Assembly: GCA_950097015.1 (NCBI GenBank)
Contig: CATNEN010000029.1
Location: forward strand, 4,774,001-4,838,000
Direction: 5' to 3'
Source: Macrostomum hystrix
Taxonomy: Eukaryota; Animalia; Platyhelminthes
Length of the DNA: 64,000 bases
The notes below the pieces were generated by a model, which was not told the DNA's origin, ran no database searches, and saw nothing but the letters and a program-made list of their open reading frames with translations. The translations under genes and the position numbers were made by a program. The first letter of the stretch is position 1. Each line of letters opens with the position of its first letter. Positions 48,041 to 59,600 of this stretch are shown piece after piece.

Positions 48041-49899
48041 TTAAGCCGGTCCCTCTGGAGATAACAGCTGCAACAGCTGCCGAAGAGCATCTTCAAGGCC
48101 ATCCCGCTCCACAGCAGAGCATTCAAAGTATGCCACTGCACCGATTTCTGCAGCCATCTGGCTTCCCTGCTGCTCATAGATGGGATCTAGGTCCTGCGCC
48201 TTCAGCTTATCGATTGATGACTGGTCGTATCTCAGATCCACCTGGGTACCGACAAGCACGATTGGCGCGGCAGGACAATAGCAGCTCAGCTCAGGGTGCC
48301 ATCTCAGCTTAACATTCTCTAAGCTAGCCGGGTTGATTACGCTAAAGCAGACAAAAAACACATCCGCTTGGTAATACCTCTGCAGCCGTAAGTTATCCAA
48401 TGGATCGGAGTATCTTATATCCAAAAATTTTACACACTGGAAGCCGTCACTGCAAGTTACGACTATAGAATAGAAATATTCTCTCTCGCTCGCGTTGTAG
48501 TTGTACAAGCGTTGCTCTTTCGAGAATGCATTAATCAGAGAAGTTTTTCCCACAGCCTCGTCTCCAATCAGGACGATATTCACGGATGCGATCTCGTTTT
48601 GAGAACTTGGTTTCCTGACTGACAAATCATCCGCATGGCAAGATTTAGAACATTTGTTCTTTTCTCCTTTGTCAGCTCTAGGATTGGCACTGGAAAATTC
48701 GTCAAAGCAATGATCATCTGTTGCTGAAAAACTTGAGAGCTGCTCCTCAAACTTGATTTCCACAGATTCTTGAGGTCTGGAAATCGCGAAATATATAATA
48801 TATTTACAGAAGGATGCTGTGCTTTCTTTGAAACGGCCGTTTACACGCTAAAATCGCTCCAATTACCTTGCCTTTGAATCATCTGTGTCCTTGTTCACAG
48901 CAGTTTGCAGGGCTACATCGAGGACAATCTCCAGACCTGCATTGGTCAAGGCTGAGCACTCGATGTACATTTTAGCTCCAATTTTGCTGGCCAAATTCAT
49001 TCCCAATGAGCAGCTTATTGAGGTCGCGTCTAATTCTCGAAGGTCGTTTTTGGTTCCGACCAGAAGGACCGGCGTGTCCGGGCAGTGTTGAGTGACCTCC
49101 GGGTGCCATCGGGTGAGCACGCTTTCAAACGAGGCAGAACTGACGACTGAGAAGCAGATGAGAATCACGTCTGCCTGACTGTAGTTGTTCGGCCGCGTCC
49201 AGTCAAAGCGCTTTGATCCGCTCAGGTCGCAGAGGCCCACATAAATTTGTTGACCGTCCACGCGAACTTCCATTCTGAAGCAGTCGTCAGCCTCGGTTGG
49301 CGCGTAGCTAAGCGAACAGCTGCCTTCTGCGAGCGCACTGAGCAGACAAGTCTTGCCTACTTCTTCGTCACCAATGGCTACTATTTTAAGACTTGTTTGT
49401 CTCGGCTGTGTCAGGCGTTGGTAAAACCTCCTTGTCTCTTCACTACCCGCACAGCTCTGTGCACCCGTTTCCTGCCTAATAAAAAGAGTGAATTTTGGAA
49501 TGTCAAAGAAACAATTTCTCGGCTGACTAGGGAAGCTAGTCAATTAAGAAATCGAAATAATCTCAAAAGATGCAGGTTAGCTGCTATGTGATTGAATCAG
49601 AAAATGCACGCATAGAAAAATAGGCATGGTGCATGCTCGACAAATAAAGTAAGCAAGTTTGATGAAAAGCCTTACGTCACATTATGTAAATTTCAATATT
49701 TTATTAGTGTGAGTTGCAAATATATAGTTATCACGAAACAGTAAAGACAAAATGACACTTCTTACATTGGTTGCGCTTGCAGTGAGGAGCTTCTTGCAAT
49801 CAATGATGCATATTCAAAGTCATCATCATATTCATCTTCAGCGTCGAATTCCAAGCTTGCTTCTTGCTCCTCAGTCCTGTGGAAGGATTTCATTCTCAT
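48041..49899 (-). CDS. Predicted tandem Rho-Rho atypical GTPase (~492 aa from ATG 49899)
   Basis: Exons 49899(or 49912)-49766, 49475-48867, 48776-48041, with phase-2 GT-AG introns. Domain 1: GDEEVGKT/DLSGS. Domain 2: GDEAVGKT with G3 replaced by DIRY. No CAAX. Confidence 0.8.
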
Positions 49900-50060
49900 G
49901 ATGGAAACCTTTCTGGAATTTTTAAACTACATTTTAAACTTTTTACCGAGAACTGAACTCACAAGAATGGGGAACCAGAATGGGGAATGGGGAATGAAGA
50001 TCCGAATACTCACTCAATGCAGTAACTAAAAATATACTTGTTTTTAAGAACTCGTTAATA

Positions 50061-52400
50061 TTCAAGGCTGTGGGTCTGGATTCAAGGCTGTGGGTCTGGA
50101 TTCAAGGCTGTGGGTCTGGATTCAAGACTGTGGGTCTGGATTCAAGAGTGTGGGTCTGGATTCAAGGCTGTGGGTCTGGATTCAAGGCTGTGGGTCTGGA
50201 TTCAAGGCTGTGGGTCTGGATTCAAGACTGTGGGTCTGGATTCAAGACTGTGGGTCTGGATTCAAGACTGTGGGTCTGGATTCAAGACTGTGGGTCTGGA
50301 TTCAAGGCTGTGGGTCTGGATTCAAGACTGTGGGTCTGGATTCAAGGCTGTGGGTCTGGATTCAAGGCTGTGGGTCTGGATTCAAGGCTGTGGGTCTGGA
50401 TTCAAGGCTGTGGGTCTGGATTCAAGACTGTGGGTCTGGATTCAAGGTTGTGGGTCTGGATTCAAGGCTGTGGGTCTGGATTCAAGACTGTGGGTCTGGA
50501 TTCATGACTATGGGTCTGGATTCAAGGCTGTGGGTCTGGATTCAAGACTGTGGGTCTGGATTCAAGACTGTGGGTCTGGATTCAAGACTGTGGGTCTTGA
50601 TTCAAGACTGTGGGTCTGGATTCAAGGCTGTGGGTCTGGATTCAAGGCTGTGGGTCTGGATTCAAGGCTGTGGGTCTGGATTCAAGGCTGTGGGTCTGGA
50701 TTCAAGATTGTGGGTCTGGATTCATGACTATGGGTCTGGATTCAAGACTGTGGGTCTGGATTCAAGACTGTGGGTCTGGATTCATGACTGTGGGTCTGGA
50801 TTCATGACTGTGGGTCTGGATTCAAGACTGTGGGTCTGGATTCAAGACTGTGGGTCTTGATTCAAGGCTGTGGGTCTGGATTCAAGGCTGTGGGTCTGGA
50901 TTCAAGGCTGTGGGTCTGGATTCAAGGCTGTGGGTCTGGATTCAAGACTGTGGGTCTGGATTCAAGACTGTGGGTCTGGATTCAAGACTGTGGGTCTGGA
51001 TTCAAGACTGTGGGTCTGGATTCAAGACTGTGGTTCTGGATTCAAGACTGTGGGTCTGGATTCAAGACTGTGGGTCTGGATTCATGACTGTGGGTCTGGA
51101 TTCAAGACTGTGGGTCTGGATTCAAGACTGTGGGTCTTGATTCAAGACCGTGGGTCTAGATTCAAGGCTGTGGGTCTGGATTCAAGACTGTGGGTCTGGA
51201 TTCAAGGCTGTGGGTCTGGATTCAAGACTGTGGGTCTGGATTCAAGGCTGTGGGTCTGGATTCAAGACTGTGGGTCTGGATTCAAGGCTGTGGGTCTGGA
51301 TTCAAGACTGTGGGTCTGGATTCAAGGCTGTGGGTCTTGATTCAAGGCTGTGGGTCTGGATTCAAGGCTGTGGGTCTGGATTCAAGACTGTGGGTCTGGA
51401 TTCATGACTGTGGGTCTGGATTCAAGACTGTGGGTCTGGATTCAAGACTGTGGGTCTGGATTCAAGACTGTGGGTCTGGATTCAAGACTGTGGTTCTGGA
51501 TTCAAGACTGTGGGTCTGGATTCAAGGCTGTGGGTCTGGATTCAAGACTGTGGGTCTGGATTCAAGGCTGTGGGTCTGGATTCAAGACTGTGGGTCTGGA
51601 TTCAAGGCTGTGGGTCTGGATTCAAGACTGTGGGTCTGGATTCAAGGCTGTGGGTCTTGATTCAAGGCTGTGGGTCTGGATTCAAGGCTGTGGGTCTGGA
51701 TTCAAGGCTGTGGGTCTGGATTCAAGACTGTGGGTCTGGATTCAAGACTGTGGGTCTGGATTCAAGACTGTGGGTCTGGATTCAAGACTGTGGGTCTGGA
51801 TTCAAGACTGTGGTTCTGGATTCAAGACTGTGGGTTTGGATTCAAGACTGTGGGTCTGGATTCAAGACTGTGGGTCTGGATTCAAGACTGTGGGTCTTGA
51901 TTCAGGACTGTGGGTCTGGATTCAAGACTGTGGGTCTGGATTCAAGACTGTGGGTCTTGATTCAAGACCGTGGGTCTGGATTCAAGGCTGTGGGTCTGGA
52001 TTCAAGGCTGTGGGTCTGGATTCAAGACTGTGGGTCTGGATTCAAGACTATGGGTCTGGATTCAAGGCTGTGGGTCTGGATTCAAGACTGTGGGTCTGGA
52101 TTCAAGGCTGTGGGTCTGGATTCAAGACTGTGGGTTTGGATTCAAGACTGTGGGTCTGGATATAAGACTGTGGGTCTGGATTTAAGACTGTGGGTCTGGA
52201 TTCAAGACTGTGGGTCTGGATTCAAGACTGTGGGTCTGGATTCAAGACTGTGGGTCTGGATTCAAGACTGTGGGTCTGGATTCAAGACTGTGGGTCTTGA
52301 TTCAAGACCGTGGGTCTGGATTCAAGGCTGTGGGTCTGGATTCAAGACTGTGGGTCTGGATTCAAGGCTGTGGGTCTGGATTCAAGACTATGGGTCTTGA
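50061..52400. repeat. 20-bp tandem repeat (~117 copies)
   Basis: Unit TTCAAG(A/G)CTGTGGGTCTGGA. Confidence 0.98.
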
Positions 52401-53044
52401 TTGATAAGATTGATTGTGTGGGTGTATTGTTGACTTGATAAGAACACTTGATCTGCGCGGCAGTGTTGATGCATGGAAAAACGTAGATTGTATATATATT
52501 TGAAGTAAACGTACTTACAAATTAAAGTCTTTACCGGTATTACGTTAAATGTTAAATTGAGAAAAATACAATACTTTTTTTTGTTATGTTATTTGTTGGA
52601 GTAGTTAAAACATATAGCAAATTGCAAGACTGTAAACCTGCTTTCTAATGACACGGGAAATCTGAAATAAAAACTTTCTTAACTTTCACTTACCTTTTTT
52701 CTGCTGTAAGTTTGCCAAATTGACGTCTTTTTATGCTTGAATTTGTTTCTTTTGTTGTTGAAAGTTGTTTCTTTTAATACTCGGGGGAGGAGAGGTTGGT
52801 TTTGTTGAGTACAGAGGCCAATTTGTCACAATTTACCAGTGCGTTTTCTGTGTACACCGTCAAGAATAGAGACTGGGAAGTGCATATTGTGTGCCAGTTA
52901 TGAGCGAATATAGTCCATTGACCGGAAACATTTTATTTCGCATTTCAAATTGGACACATCCGCAATTGTGTCAGGTTTTCTTGGCACATCAAAGCGTGGA
53001 CTGTGAGGTCTAAGACTTAATATCAGACCTCTGATATTATATAA

Positions 53045-53125
53045 TGATATTATAGACTATGTCACCAAATGGTGTGTCAGTGCTCGAAGCCCTCCTGCAA
53101 TTATTACTATTATTATTATTGCTAC
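53045..53125 (+). mobile_element. SINE family B 3' fragment with (TAT)n tail
   Basis: GTCACCAAATGGTGTGTCAGTGCTC...CCTGCAATTATTACTATTATT resembles the 3' end of the 42872-43262 SINE. Confidence 0.6.
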
Positions 53126-53640
53126 TATCAACATTATTACTCGTATTTCGCTGTGCCGCTTGACAAGCTTGAATTCTTAGCTAGTACGCTCATAAGTTTC
53201 GTTTAGTTCTCATTCAGACTGACCGGGATCACTTACATTGAAGTATATTTAATTTATAAATGACTATCGCAGGACGAAAGCTGTTAAAATACTATAACAC
53301 AAAAAAATATCAAGTGCATTATTTTTAATGATGTTGCTTTTGAGCATCAAATTATGGCAATAGTACAAATAAGTAATAAATTATTAGTTGTTTGCGTGAA
53401 ACGATCAGGTGACAGATCGAAGATACTCGTCTCATTTGCAAAACCGAATTCTACCGACCTATTTCTCAAAATTTCGGGAATACTTTCACCTATGCCCTTA
53501 GGAAAAGGTAGAGCGTTTATAAAAGCTTTTGCTTGTTCATTGTATAGTGGCACCGTTTCTCACTAAATTTCCTGAACTAAAATTCCTAAATCGCGGTCTG
53601 TTAGCAAAAATGTGACACATTTTCATCATTGTTCACAACA

Positions 53641-56600
53641 TCATTGAGGCATTGGGTCCGGCTTTGTGGAGGCTAGATTTGGATTCAGGAAGCACTTCTT
53701 CGAGAGTCTCGTCAATGTCTCCGGCACAACGTACAGCTTGTTCTCTCCATCGTCGATCGGGTTCTCCTTGAGGCGCCTCTTCACAGTGGTCAGCATGTCG
53801 ATGATGTGCTCAGTCTGATGCTGCTCCTCAATCACTTCGCACACGGTTTGCACGAATGGCGATCCACCATTTGCGGTGCGCAGTGAAACGTGGCCATCTG
53901 GACTTGGAAAGCTCAGCAAAAAGTCGCTGTCATTAGGACAGTGCATGTTCAGTACGCTTGATGCTTGATCAGCATAGACAATCTGCCTGCCTGTTCTCTC
54001 ACAAGGAATGCGGCCACGACAAGCTTGGATAAAGAACAGTTTGGGCGTGTGGTGTAATCTGTAGCAAAGTCCTCCCTCAAACGGTGCAGTGATCGACTTA
54101 ATGTCAAGCGGTTTTCCGTCGCTTAGTATGATTGACGAGCTTGTGCCGTGAGCCATGAGGAAACAGACAAAACAACCGTGATTTGACAGTTCAGGTAAGA
54201 TCGCCGTCTGGCTTAGAAGGTCGACTAATTGATTGTAAGTCAGATCCTCGTGTACTTTAACCAAGAAGTTCAGTCTCCTAAACAGCTCCTTCACACGCTT
54301 GACATCAAATTCCGAGCCTTTTCGCTCCTCGAAAAGCTCGTTCTTGTACTTATTGATGTTAATGATCAAGCAGAAGCCCTGTGGCGAAGTCACTTGGTAA
54401 TAATCCACAGGTGGTCGTCTAAAATTCAAGAGCAAATTGCACGATGCGACAATCAAAGCTGGATGAATGCAAAAAGACGTATGAATGCAAAAGAAAAGTA
54501 GCTTTTGAAAAAAACTTAATCAATAGAAACTTAAAAGCGGGTGATTTTCACACGAAATGAAATGATTGAGCTACTTGCTATAGGATCTGCTGTTTCTAGG
54601 ATTTGAATCCGAATTCCTCATAAAATTAAGAATGATAAATCATCTAGCTATTGTTGCTGGGGGCGCCTCCACCATGGAAAACGGAAGCTCTTACGTTGAA
54701 ATGTTCATGCGCGGCTTTGGTATCGGATTCAGCAATCGATTTCGTGGACAGCGTGGCAAAGGAGTCACAGAATTTTCAGTAATTGCTTCTGTTATTGGTA
54801 GCTCAGCTGGACATTCCACTGATTTTAGCAGGTCATCATTTAAGTGCGGCTTTTCTGTTCTGGACGCAGATCCTTCAGGGATGACATCGTTGCCCGAACT
54901 CGCATCGTTTTCATCGTGTCTTCAAATTACAATATTGCAAAAAGCAATTAACTAATAATAAATTTTTAAGTTCTTTATCGTAAAATACATTGATATGGCA
55001 CTCATGATCATCGGAATTAATCAATATTTATATAATCGAAGTTTAAATGCTAAGTTTATCATATGCAACTAGGCTGTTTCAAAGTGCCTTCTGTGGTTTA
55101 GGCCTAGGGCACGTTCGTGTTTGGACTCGCACTAGCTGCCAATTTAACTAACCTTAGGACTAAGAAAATGGCCTCAGTTTTAGGAAACATGCGCAATTAT
55201 TCAAATAGCTCATAAGCTCAATGCACTCTGATCACGAAAACGCGATGTCTATTGCACCAAGCAGAGAGGCCAGACTTGCACTGAATTTTATTAATCAGTC
55301 AAAGTTTGTTTAAGCCAGACTCATGCTCGTGCGTAGCAACCGCACAAGCTTCAACATAAGCGAAAACTCGGTGTGTCACCCCTAAAATTAGGCACCGCTG
55401 CGACGGCTAACTGCCCTGCATTAATAATCGCCAGTCGGAAGATAAAATCGAAGATATCGTTTTTAACTGGGACATTTTTGCAAAGAAAAAGCCATATCAC
55501 ATTTTCGTTAAAGGTACAAGAAATCTAAGTGCAATTAAAAGAAAAGACAAAAATCGCTTACTTAAGTCGATCAGCGCCCTCGGCAATGCCTGCAGCTCCG
55601 GCAACAGCTTGTGATCTGCAATTTCAAGTTAAAGCGAGAAGCTATATAGTAATCGCATACACATTCACTCAGCCATTAGAAAGTAGAAGTGGTACGCTAA
55701 AAAATGTGCGCTAACACGCTGCGCTAGTCGACCTGATGGCGAGGTTCGACCTGGTGTCGGCAACACGCGCTTCCGCAAACCGCCAATTCGGCTGGTGACC
55801 TTTGCTGAGTGCAAGCGTAGGAGGCGGAAAGCGCGCGGCCGTTTCGCCACTACCCGCTTGGCGCAGCTAGACCACATGCTAATAATGCCTTACCGCGAAT
55901 GCAGCCGGCTAATCAACTGCGACACAGTGGAACCGCAGTTCATTTGATCTGATCAACGCCTGCTCTACTGTGACCTGCGGCTCTCCGACCCGCTCTACAG
56001 GCCGCCGATGCACCCCCCAACGTACGCTGTCTCGGTGGCCTTGTGGTCTGCACAGGCGGCGGACTACAATTCAATAGGAAAGGCTATAACAACTACCGCA
56101 GCCAAGACTCTGCCACTGATGGAGCCCGCGTCACGGCAGCTACCAGTTTGGGCGAACAACCCTGAGGTCTATGAGGCTCGGCGCACAGTTAAAGGACTAC
56201 GACGCTCCAGGCGCCCGACTTCCGACGCCAAGAAGGCACTGGCGGACATCTAGGAAAAGCGGCAGCAAGCTGCTGTGGACGACGCCATCCGGGTCGCAAA
56301 ACCGAGTCGTCTAGCCGGCCGTGAATGCCCTTACTGGTCGTAAGAAGAAGGCGGCGCTAAACCTGGCTGGTGACTCTGCGGTGGAGCGCAGAAATATGCT
56401 GCGCAGTTTCTTCGTCACCATCGTCAATGCGCCGTCGCCGTCACTGCCTGCTGACCTATCGCTGCCCCCTGAGGTATCACTGTCGAAGCAGGAGGATTTC
56501 GACATCCGTCCTTTCACCAGCACTGACGTTGTGGAGTTCGCTCGCAGAATTCCGGGAGGTCGCGCCCCCGGCCCTGACGAAGTGCCCATCGAGGCGTTGC

Positions 56601-59600
56601 GAGTCCCGAGGGTCGTCACTTGTAATAACTTGAGACTGAAGGCTGGCCAGGAATTGATTCACAAACGTAGCGAGCCAGTTGGAAGTTGCGGCTCCTTATA
56701 ATATCACTTCGTTCAATTTGACTGGCCCTAGGACTTAGGGCACGGCCGGACCAGCCACCTCAATTAGCACGAAAGCCAAGCGTGACACAAGTAAACTGCA
56801 GTCAGCTTGCACTAAGAACTGATAGACGCAAAGAAATGAAGCAAAGCAATAAACATAAAGTGCAGAGTGAACGCATTTAAGAGTCCATTGAATAACATCA
56901 CATCTCCCCTCTGAGTCAGTTTTCCCCATCACAGCTGCAGTCTCTCAGATGGGCCACGAGCTCTCAGAGGGTACCGCCGGGAAGTCGCGGCATCCTGACG
57001 CGCGTTGTTCTCTGGTCCGTCGGCGAGTTCGGGTGCCGCCTCCCTGACGGTGGCGCCGCTGGCGGTAGTAGCAGGATCCTGCTCTGACGCGCGCCGCGAG
57101 CTCTCGGGGTCGTGTCACCGCCGCCATCAGTCAGCGGCCGGCCGGCATCAGCGAGGTCGAGGGCGAAGCCGTCAGCGCGGGCCGCCACCAGCTGATCCGC
57201 ATGCCGCATGTGCTGACCGCGCTGCGAGTCGACGATGCAGTTGCGGCTGCCAGCGCCCGTGATGACGCCCTCCGCCCAGCGCGGCGTGTCGCCGGCCCTA
57301 GCGCCGGCGCTGATTTCGCGGAAAAGCACACGATCGCCGGTTTGGAACTCACGCGAACTCCCTGATGAGGTCACCGATGTTCTCGTCATCGAGATGGACC
57401 TGCGCCATGATGCTGGGCCAGTCCAGCCGCAGCTTAGCTAACCAGTCCCGTCCGAGCAGCGCCGATTCGCCCCTGCGTGACGACAAGCAGCGGGAGCTAC
57501 AGCTGCAGCCTGTTGTGCTTGACGGTGACCTCCGCCTGAACAGTACGAACAGAATGGGTTCCGGCCCACCGTAGCACTGTGACGCAAATCCTGGGCCTCC
57601 GCCGCATCATCGAAGAAGCGCGCATCCACCAGTTAATCCTGGTTGCTCTTTTCGTGGACTTTCGCCGGGCTTTCGACTCGGTGGTACGTGACGCGCTGCC
57701 CCTGGTGCAATGGGCCTACAATGTGCCGTAGGAGCTCATTACCGCCATCATGGCGCTGTACGTGGGCACCATCGCTTCGGTAGTGACGTCAGACGGCCTG
57801 TCGGACTGTTCAGCACGACCTCGGGAGTGCTGCAGGGGGACACGCTGGCGCCTTTGTACTCTGGGTGCTCTGTACCGGCCTGCCATCTGCAGACCACGGC
57901 TTCCTGCTGTGTCGGCGCGCGAGCCGGTGACACCCCGAGAAGAGGCCCTGCGCTCTCGGCTACGCAGACGACATCGCGCTGATGTCTTCGACAGTCGAAG
58001 GCGCCCAACGGCTGCTGGATGACCTGAAAAAGGCGGCGGCGGGAGTCCGTCTCATCGTGAACGTGCAGAAGACCGAGGGGCTGACGGTGCCGCGAAATCT
58101 TCCGGACGAGATTCTGCTCCGGGACGATAGCGGCCACGGGACCCCGGGACTTCCGGGGTGCCGCCAGTTCGTTTATCTCGACGGACTAGGGCCGGACGTG
58201 AGCGACGATTTGGCGAGACAGCGACAGCCTGGGCTGCCTTTCGATCAGTGCGCACGGTGCTGCTTTCGGCTGCGCTGACGGACAGCGCCAGGTCGCAGCT
58301 TTTCCAGGCGGTCGTTAAGACCGTGACGCGCTGCCCCTGGTGCAATATAATGCTCTATAATGCGCAGACCTGGACTCCGACGGAGGCGCTCAAGGGGCAG
58401 CTCAACACGACACATGCGGCCCTGCTTCGCGCTACGTTTGGCGCCCGCCGCGGCCCAGGAAGCGAGACGACCGACTCACTGTACAAGCGAGCGCGACTGA
58501 CGCGGCCTTCTGACTTGCTGAGACAGCGGCGCATGCGCCTTGCTGGGCACGTGATCAGGGCTGAAGCCTACTGCCCTGAGCCGCTGCTGGATGTGCTTCT
58601 GTGGACTCCGCAGGGACCGCGCAGGCGCGGACAGGGACGATCGGCCCAATACATCGACCTGCTCTTCTCAGACGCGCGCGCCCCGAGCCAGGCTGACGGA
58701 GTGAAGCATGTCAGCGATGTAAACTATGCATTAAGCGCGCGTTTTGACGCTGGCCCCCTTTTTTGGGCCACTGCGGCGGGTTGCGCTCTATTATTATTAT
58801 TTAGCAAATAAAAATCCATCGCACATTTTTCGTAAAAAGGTACAAGAAATCAAGGCGCAATTAAAGGCAAAGACAAAAAATAGTTTACTGAATTCGATCA
58901 TCGCCAATGCCTGCAGCTCCGGCAACAGCTTTTGATCTGCAATTGCAAGTTAAAGCGGGAAGCTATAGTAATCGCCTATCGCAATACATATTCACTCTGC
59001 CATTCGAAAGTAGAAGAGCAAAAATATTTCTCACGATTCAGGGAAATCGTTGGCAGATTTCTTTTTCGAAAAAATCTTAAACAAAGAGGCTAAATCATGG
59101 TGTGTTCTGAAAATGACGAAATGAAAGACTAAGGTAGTGCAATTTAATACCAATAATGAAAATTGAAGATATCGTTTCTAACTAGCATTGCGTGTTAAAC
59201 TATATGTGCTAGCATGCATTTTGCTCTTAGCAAGTTAAATGTCAATTATAACACTTACAATTTCTGTTTAAGGCTACGTTCCTTTAAATTTGACTGAACC
59301 AATTTTTTAGTTGCACGAACCGCCTCATCGAAAACCTCCGTTACACCCTCTCTTGTTCGGGCAGAGCTTTCGAGATATTTAACTGCCTTGATCTTCTTGG
59401 CCATTTCTAAGCCTTGCTTGCATGTGATCGGAACCTGGTTCCGCTGCTTAAGGTTGTCGATCGTTTCCTGGTCATCGCGAAGGTCCAGGTGGGTGCCGAT
59501 CAGCAAGATGGGCGTGTTCGGACAATGGTACTTCACTTCCGGGTACCAGCTGGTGCGCACTCTCTCATAAGTTGTAGGGCGGATTAGGCAGAAGCAGATG

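Noticed and set aside
50061-52404. Many plus-strand repetitive ORFs (GLDSRLWVWIQ...)
   Set aside because: Translations of the 20-bp minisatellite.
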